Assembly: GCA_018650165.1 (NCBI GenBank)
Contig: JABIGM010000049.1
Coordinates: 1 to 14,195 of the forward strand
DNA length: 14,195 bases
Origin: Methanobacteriota archaeon
GTDB lineage: Archaea; Thermoplasmatota; Poseidoniia; Poseidoniales; Poseidoniaceae
Reading direction: 5' to 3'
Positions 5,158 through 14,100 of this stretch are shown piece after piece. The notes under the pieces were generated by a model. That model had not been told where the DNA came from, made no database searches, and saw only the letters and a program-made list of their open reading frames with translations. Position numbers and translations under genes: made by a program. Position 1 is the first letter of the stretch; the number at the start of each line of letters is the position of its first letter.

Positions 5158-8100
5158 ATGCGCCCAGTTACCCTTCGCACATCTGCCCTAATGCTAACGC
5201 TAATCATGGTCCTAATGCCCATGACTCCGTTCGCAGATCAAGATTTCAAATCAAGCGACTCCGCCTCTGAAGAAACTGGTGAAGAACTCAATGAACAAAT
5301 AATCATGAGTACAGGCAACACTGGAAACGCCGATTCATTGGCGTTCGGTTTGCAATCCGGATGTGCTATCGGCGCATCTGGCAACATCAAGTGCTGGGGT
5401 GACGGTAGTGACGGTCAACTCGGCTTAGGAAATACTCAGAATATTGGAGATAGTTCTGATGAAACTGGCACTGACCTTCCGTTCGTAAACCTAGGAACTA
5501 ACGCATCTGTCGACAAGGTTGTCATGGGCGAAGACCATTCTTGTGCACTATTCACAAACGGTTCAGTCAAGTGTTGGGGAGAGTCCTCAGTCCTTGGTTT
5601 GGGCTACTCATCAAGCAATGGAGGATTCGGTGACGGATACCTAGAAACCGGCGACACACTACCATTCATGCAATTCCCTACCGGCCGCACTGCAACAATG
5701 CTAGAAGCTGGAAAGAGCCACACCTGTGCTGTAATGGACAACAACGATTTGATCTGTTGGGGAGATAACAGCAAGGGCCAACTTGGCCTTGGAGACACTG
5801 ACAAGAGAGGAGACTCTGCCGGAGAAATCGGAACAAATTTCGAAGTTACCAGTGTACCTACTGGAAGAACTGTTGACAGCATGGCATTGGGCTGGGACCA
5901 CACTTGTGTAGTCTGGGACAACTACAGTGTATCCTGCTGGGGAGGCAACGACCACGGACAACTTGGATTGGATTCAACTACTGATATCGGCGACGGAGCA
6001 TCCGAAATGGGAGACAATCTGGATTTCCTAGACCTAGGTGGAGCTGCTAGCGCAATCACTGCTGGTGATGGATTCACTTGTGCAATCGTTGTGACGACTG
6101 GTTCAAGCAGTGGAGTTACTAGAGCATTCTGCTGGGGATTGAATGACTTTGGTCAACTGGGAATTGAATCTACAACAAATGTTGGAGATGGCACTGGCGG
6201 CTCTATGTCTTCTATCAGTAATGCTGATTTGATCCAGTATGTTCAGGCAATTGACGCTGGTGAAGACCACGTTTGTGCCATTGTAAAATACGGTGCCTAC
6301 AGACCAGTTCAATGCTGGGGCAATGGTGCAGATGGAAGGCTAGGATACGGTAGCCAAGACAGTCGAGGTACAGGACCCGGTTCTAGCACCGGGATGGGTA
6401 GCAACCTAGGTTATGTACGATTGACTAACTCGGGCACCCACCACGCATACACCGTAACCGACATAGAACTTGGAGTCGGAACTACATGTGTGATCATGGT
6501 GAACAACGATATTGTTTGTTGGGGTGACAATGGAATCGGGCAACTCGGATATGGAGATACTGAAGACCGTGGAGATGGTCAAACTGATCTACCATTCCTT
6601 ACTGAACTTTCATTGAAATTGGATGAAGAAGCAGGGGAGGACTCTTGCGATATTCTTGCAGTACCTGAAGCCCGCGATGAACTTGACAAGAGGCTCGATT
6701 CAGATTCTAGCGATACTGGTGATTTGATTTCCATGTTTGAAATCACAACTACCGGATGCCCATCAATCGCATACTACGACTCTGGAAGTAACAACCTAAA
6801 GTTCGCTGCTTATGATAATGGAATGTGGGCTGTTGAAACACTCGGTAGTGATTCAGGAGTAATCGATGTTGACATCGTAATAGATGCTAATGGTAACCCT
6901 CACATTGTTCACATGACTTCAAGTGGCACAGACAGAGTTTCCTACACCACTAAAGTAAACGGAATTTGGACCGAAGATACCTTGACTGGTATGGATGGTA
7001 CTGAAGAATTGTCATTATCAATTGATTCAAACGGAGACTTGAGACTTCTAACTGTCACAACCACTGAATTGGTTGAATCCACGTGTTCAAGCGCCTGTTC
7101 CAGCATTTCAAACTGGGCAAACAGTAACACTTTAGTTGCCTCTGCAAGTATTGTTGACTCTAATGGAGACCATTCAGTTCACATCACATCTTCTGGACTT
7201 TATTACTCGGATTCTCTGGGAACCCCTGCTCTTGTTTCTACAGATGTTTACTCTGCATATATGGCTGCGAGCATTGATGTAGCACCAGATGGAACAATTT
7301 CGATTGCTCACACAAATGATGCTTACCAAACATACTATTCTTCATGTTCAAGCGGTTGTACTTCTGCATCTTCATGGAGTACTGAATTAGTATCCAATAA
7401 TACTTCTAGCGAGGTAGTATTGCAATATGATGGCGATGGAACGCCTTGGATTCTACTTACCCATAATACAACAGGTGCAACCTTGTTCAGTTTGAACGAT
7501 GCACAATGGGATGGCCAAGCAATATCTGCATGGCCAGGTGCTGCTGATTCCTTTGGCATGATGATTAACTCTGCAGGATATGTGTTCACTTCTCTTCATC
7601 TAGTTAGCGCTGGAGAATTATGGGCAGTTACTAACCCTGCAGTTGCAGGTGCTGGTTTGTATGTAGATGCTGATGGAGATGGCTGGACTGGAATGCAAGA
7701 ACTTTCTTGTGGAACAGACCGCATGGTTTCTTCATCCACTCCAGTCGACTTCGATGTGGATGGACATTGTGACTCCCTTGACACGCATGTTGATTTGCCA
7801 GCAACTGGAGATTCTGATGTTCTAGCACAAGGAATGGACTTCGCTTGTGCAATTGTTAACGAAGGCGAAATCGAATGCTGGGGTGACAACACCTACGGCA
7901 AACTGGGTGGTTCTGCATCTGGAGTTTCATGGCCAAGTGGATTCACAGCAATCAGCATCGATGCTGGAGAAAGCCACGCATGTGCTCTATCTGCTGAACT
8001 CCAAATTATGTGCTGGGGAAGAAACAATTACGGTCAAATTGGAATCAACACAACCTCTGCATCAGAGCCTCCAACTATCGTTAACACCGATACTTTAGCT

Positions 8101-11100
8101 CATCAATGGGGAGGAGTTTTGACTGGATCCCTTGAAGTTGCATACCATGACTTAGCAGTTGGAGCAAACCACGTTTGCGCGCTAGTAAATCAAGGACATT
8201 ATCAGCACCAAGCCTATGATGATGAACATGTTGTATGCTGGGGTAATGGTGCTGATTCTCAAACAGGCCAGTACGCAGTAACCAACCCTACGGCCGGTTA
8301 CGATGACGACTTCGAAACTGGCAGTCCATCTTCAATATGGACCATAGAAGGAACTAGCGGTCAATTCGGTTCTAAATGGCTTGTGGATACCACCGATGCT
8401 TCATCTGGTTCTAATTCTTTCAAATCCAGCACTCACCAATCAAACTCAGATGTTGGATTCTCAATTACAAAGCAGTTCCAAAGTGGTTCTGTGTCCTTTG
8501 ATTACAAAACCGATACCTGTCCTATTGCAAACTCTTGTAACGATAGACTAGTTTTCTATATTGACGGAGTTGAGGTCAACTCTTCCAAAGGACAAATGAC
8601 TGGCTGGTCTACTTACACTACAAATGTCGCTACAGGAACTCACACCCTAAGATGGTCATTCATCAAGGACGGCTCCACCGCCAACGACGCCGCCGGGGAC
8701 TATGTCGCTGTTGACAATATCGAGATCCTTACTGGTTTCGTAATCGAAAGCGGGGGCGTACTAACCGAGCCTCAGCGAATGGACATCAACACAAATGGAA
8801 AAGTGACCTCAATAGTCGCTGGTGAAAGGCACACCTGTGTTACTAACCACCTAAGTGAGTTGCTCTGTATGGGATACAACGGTGGCAGCAACAACATGGT
8901 GCTGGGCAATTCCAGCACAACTGCGGATAATTCATCCGAACTTGTAAAGGTCGACGTCGACTTTGGCACCAGCGATGTGAAAGCAGTGTCAGCTGGTTAC
9001 GATACAAGTTGTGCAATCCTTGACAACAGCACTCAAGCGTATTGCTGGGGTAAGAGAGCAGATTGGTCAGATTCTACAGGAACTACTCAATCGGGAACGA
9101 CTCTCTTAGGAAACTCAACCAGTGCTGCAATCGATGGAACCTGGGTTGATATTGGCACTGCAGGTGACCGAATACATTCAATCACAATGGGAGAAGTACA
9201 TGCTTGCGCCGTTGTAGAGAACACAATCGAGTGCTGGGGTGTAGAAGAATCTGGATCATTTGGTTTGTCCTCTTCTTCTGTTGATAGTTACAGCACGCCT
9301 CAAACTATTTCTGTCCCATCTGGGCTAACTGCTAAGCAGGTAGTAATCGAGCATTCTACTGATTCTACATGTGGTGTTTTCGAAACCTCATCTGGCGCTC
9401 ACACTGTGATTTGCTGGGGAGATGAAACCACTGTTGGATATACTTCATCAAATCCGGTAACAGCACTAAGCAATGCACCAGTCGAAGATTCAAATGGTGA
9501 TGACTTGGAAATGTATGAAATATCGAGTTCTCCTGATGATATTGTAGATCTACAAATGGGCGAGAAACATGCCTGTGCATTATCCAGACAAGGGTTTGTG
9601 AAATGTTGGGGTGACAACAGTAACGGGCAATTAGGATATGGAACGTCTAGTAGTACCACCAGTATATTTCCTGGAGGTGGAAGGATGGGGCACGGAGAAA
9701 ACCACCCATTAGTCTACTTTGGTCAGAACAGAACTGTTACTCAAATCGAAGTAGGTTATAGCAATTCATGTGCCCTCTTGGATACTGGAAGTATATCCTG
9801 TTGGGGTAAGTATGATAAATGGGCATTCACAACTGAATATGGATTGGCAGGAACTAAATCTGCCCCAGTGATTTTGACAGCATATGGAACAGATAACGTG
9901 AAAGTAGCACTTGGAGGTCTGTCTTCTGTATGTGTTCTTAAAGAATCTGGAAAGGTTGCCTGTACAGGCAACGCGCGACCTCTTGGAAGAGATTTATACA
10001 ACTCGATGTATCCCAATCCGGTTGACATTATCGCAGCACACCCGTCTGAAGGAAAAGTAGTAGATCTTATCGGAATGAAAGAGTACTCTCATGATTCTGG
10101 CTTCTGTGCAATTTTCGAATCCGGTGCAACAAAATGTTGGGGATACAACACTAACTTCTTCGAAGTCCGAACAAACAGTGATCCTTTCGACTTCTACGAT
10201 ATGCATGGCATTCTAACAGAAGATATGGAAATTGGTGATAATTATGGGTGTATGGTAGTCAGTGCCACCACCGAATTGAATGATGCAGTACAGTTAACTC
10301 CTGAAGCAGGAGAAATAGTATGCTGGGGTCAAGGATATAATGGGAGGACTGGCTTAGGTACTAGCGGTGATTACCAACTTGATTCAACAACTAACACCAT
10401 GGCTCCTCTAAACTTCAATGGAGTTTCAATGATTGATGTGGAAATCGGGCCAGGAACAGGCTTTTCAGGGCACACTTGTTCGATTTCGGATGATAGACAA
10501 CTATACTGCTGGGGATATAATCTCAAAGGCCAACTAGGACAAGGCAATAGTAATACCATAGGGGATAACCCTGGCGAAATGTCTGCATTAAACCCTATTG
10601 ACATCCTTGGAAAATCAAAGATTGTCGCTCTAGGGGGGCTGTCAACATGTACTGTTACTACCAATAATCACGTGTACTGCTGGGGAGACGGTAATTCCAA
10701 AACAAATTGGGGCTTCGACTACGTCAGTACAAGCAACATTGGTGATGGCCCGGGAGAAATGGGTGTAAACTTGCGACCAGTTCCAGTGATTATGACTCCT
10801 TCTGATTACGACAATGATGGAACCATCAATCTGTGGGATACAGATGATGATAACGATGGATTCCTGGATGGGAATGATGATTTCGAGTTAGATGAGTGCG
10901 CTCATATGGACACTGACGGAGACGGTCGGCCAGACGAAATTGTATCAAATTGTGTCACCGATCTATTCGAGGACATTGATGATGATCAAGACCAATGGAC
11001 AGATATTGAAGAGCAAGCTTGTTTCACCAACTCTAAATCGAGTACAAGCGTACCATTTGATATAGACAATGATGGAACTTGCGACATCGTAGACACCGAT

Positions 11101-14100
11101 GATGACAATGATGGTTGGAGTGATATTGATGAGCAAGCATGTGAACGCAAAGAATGGAACGAACGCAAGATTGTTGAGTTCAGTTCCAGTTATGCTTACC
11201 ACAGTGATTATCCTACTGGGATAGTGTGGTTACAAAACAACAAAGGAATGGAATACCAAACTGTAGGCTTAGATCGACAAAACCAATGGATGCGTGTTGG
11301 AGGAAGTTGGGCCGGTAATTCCCTTTGGAATAATCAAGGCAATAATCTCCAGGTAGGTTTCGATCATGCTGCATATGGACAAGGAGTATACCTAGTAAAT
11401 GATGAGAAACTTTTCTACTTGGAATATAATGCTGGCATCAGTAGCTCCAACCCAAGTAGCAGTACAATCTACACTTTCAATCAAACCAATCCAATCAATC
11501 GCCAGGATAACCAGCACCACGAAATTGCAATCTCGGACGAAGGCTCAATCTTCCTAACCACCAACACAAGTATTGTGAATATTGACGGTGGGGTAACCAA
11601 TTACATCGATTACCCTAGTGGAGTATCATTACAAGCCAGTGATTCGAAAAACAAGCAAATTGCTGTTGATTCGAATGGAGATTTGCATCTGATTTCTTAC
11701 CATACACAAGCCTCAAGGATTTACACATGGATTTACGATGTCTCAAGTGAATCTTGGAATTCAGGATTGAATTCCTTCCCAGGTTCATTGGGTGATGTAG
11801 GACCAGGAAGATCTTCTTTCACTGTTGATTCTTCTAACCAGCCGCATGTGGCCTTTATGAAAGGAGCATCTACAACCGATTCAACATCTTATGTATCGTA
11901 CGATTATTATGACAACGCTGGGCAAAATTGGGTCAATAGATTCATAGATTATACACCATCTGGAAATAAAGGAGTTAGCCTAAAACTCGATTCTAATGAC
12001 AATGTTAACATCGCATGGGTTGACAATACCAACAAATCTCTGTATTACACCACGTTGTCCTCTACCTCAAACGCTCAGTCAACTACTTTAATCAAACAAA
12101 ACTCATATACAAATTATTGGGTTAACACTCATAAATCACTTGAAATTGAGATTTCAGACGGAGATGACCCTTGGATAATTTGGTCTCCATATTCGAGTCA
12201 GTACCAGTATAACTTACTCTTCCACTACGGTTCTGCAAGCGATGAATCAAGGGACTCAGCTAAATATCCGGCTGATCACGATAATGATGGCACATGTGAC
12301 ATGCTTGAAGTTGCCACCTTAGATTATGGTCTTGATAATCTATTCTTTGAGATGGAAATGGATATTTCATACATGCCTGAATATCCGGCAATGATGCCAA
12401 CTGGCGTTGCAATAAGCCCTTCACTACCATCTGGTTTGACCTTTAACACGACAACTGGAGAGATTAGTGGTCGCGTAACAAGCACAGATTTCGCTGGCTC
12501 AACTTACAATATTTCAACCACCTCTGGAATCGAAGCATGGAGTACGAATATGACAATCAAATCAACTATGGAAAATCCATTATACACCGGTTATGAAACC
12601 ATGTTCGCTACTGCATATAGCGACAATACCGCTGCTAAAACAGCCTTCGCTAGTAATGGTGAAATCGTCACTTTGTTGAGGTATACTTCATCTGGTAGCA
12701 TCACGGTAGATGGTATTGCGGCAGGCGGAAATCATGACACTAATGATATTGTTTTGAGTATGAGAGAACCTACTGGAGATTACGTTTGGGCTAAGAGCAT
12801 TAGAGGAAATGGATTCAACATCGCAGATGTTGATGTCGACGACAATGGTAACATTTACGCATTATTCCAAGCAACTGCTACAAGTAGTGACCCTGTTGAA
12901 TTCAATTTCGATGGAGTGACGATTGACAATAACGGAAAAACAACTGTTATTCTTGCAAAATGGGATTACTATGGAAATCTAGAGTGGGCAATCAATACTG
13001 AATCTACAGGAACCTCCTCGACCGATTCAGCAAAGTTAGTCACATCTTCGGCAACAGGGGCTTCAGAAATGGACTTAGATAAGTCAACTGGCGATGTTGC
13101 GATAATCGCTACTGGAAAGACTGCCAGTGATGATTTGAAGTTCGGAGGTATGCAAATTGGACCATTTGGAACTTGTCTAACTACACAGCAACCTTGGATT
13201 GCGAAAGTTAACACAAATGGACAAGTACAATGGACTGAAGTTGGTAAATCTGACCCAACTAATTGCCACTCTACTCATTCACATCATGTTGTTTTACATC
13301 ATGATGGTTCTGTAACTACTGCTGGACATGTTCTAGGCGACCACGAATGGGATTATGACTTTGGGTCTTATTCAGTCTCGATATCAAATCCGTACGAATA
13401 TCGTTCTTCATCTTGGATTGCACATGCAGACTCCTCCGGAAATTGGGTTTGGGCAGAAAATGTGACAACTAAGACCTCGTATGGAACCTATGCGGATCAC
13501 TACTTTACAATGGACAAGTTCAGTGATGATACTCTATTCTTCGGATATACTGCGACCACTAACTATTGCACCATAATTGAATTCGCTGGAAGCTCGACCA
13601 GTTCGTCGCTCGGAGCAACGTCTAACAGATTTTGCTTAAACGTAGCAACAATGAACCACACTACCAGTGATGTTATTTCACTTGAAACTCGAATTGGGTA
13701 TTATTCCAGTATAGATACCTTCAGAAGTAATTTGATTTATTCGGCAGTTGATTCTGATGATATTGCACATGTTTTAATCGACATGTATGATGGTCACGAC
13801 CTGAGAACTACTGGATTTGATATGGACCTAAACGTAGCATATGATGTTGTTTCTTCGTCATGGTCTTCTAACCACTATACTACCGACTTTGGACTCGATA
13901 ATTCGGACTCCATTTACTTCACAGGTTACCATTCTTCTACATTCATGCACAGAACCGTATCATTGCTGAGTGAATGTGGCATCGATAATACGAATTGTAA
14001 TGGCGTTGATACTTGGTTATCAGGTCAATCAAGTATGTCTGCTTCGGGACATAAACTCTACAGATTCTGGGGAGATTTCGACCACGAAATAAACTACAAC

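Noticed and set aside
3079-5191. Short ORFs starting at the ATG inside each 17-bp repeat (3079-3252, 57 aa; 5114-5191, 25 aa)
   Set aside because: They have no RBS, no similarity beyond MNG, different frame relations to the main genes, and probably start upstream of the TSS.
5806-6576. Two RGD tripeptides (5806-5814 and 6568-6576)
   Set aside because: The GD belongs to the recurrent blade-loop motif and the preceding residue varies (I, F, V, R), so integrin-binding meaning is unsupported.
5604-13214. The many short ORFs listed over the giant gene (minus strand, and 7847-8098 on plus)
   Set aside because: They are shadows of the frame-1 ORF, which shows coherent repeat motifs throughout. They have no motifs of their own.
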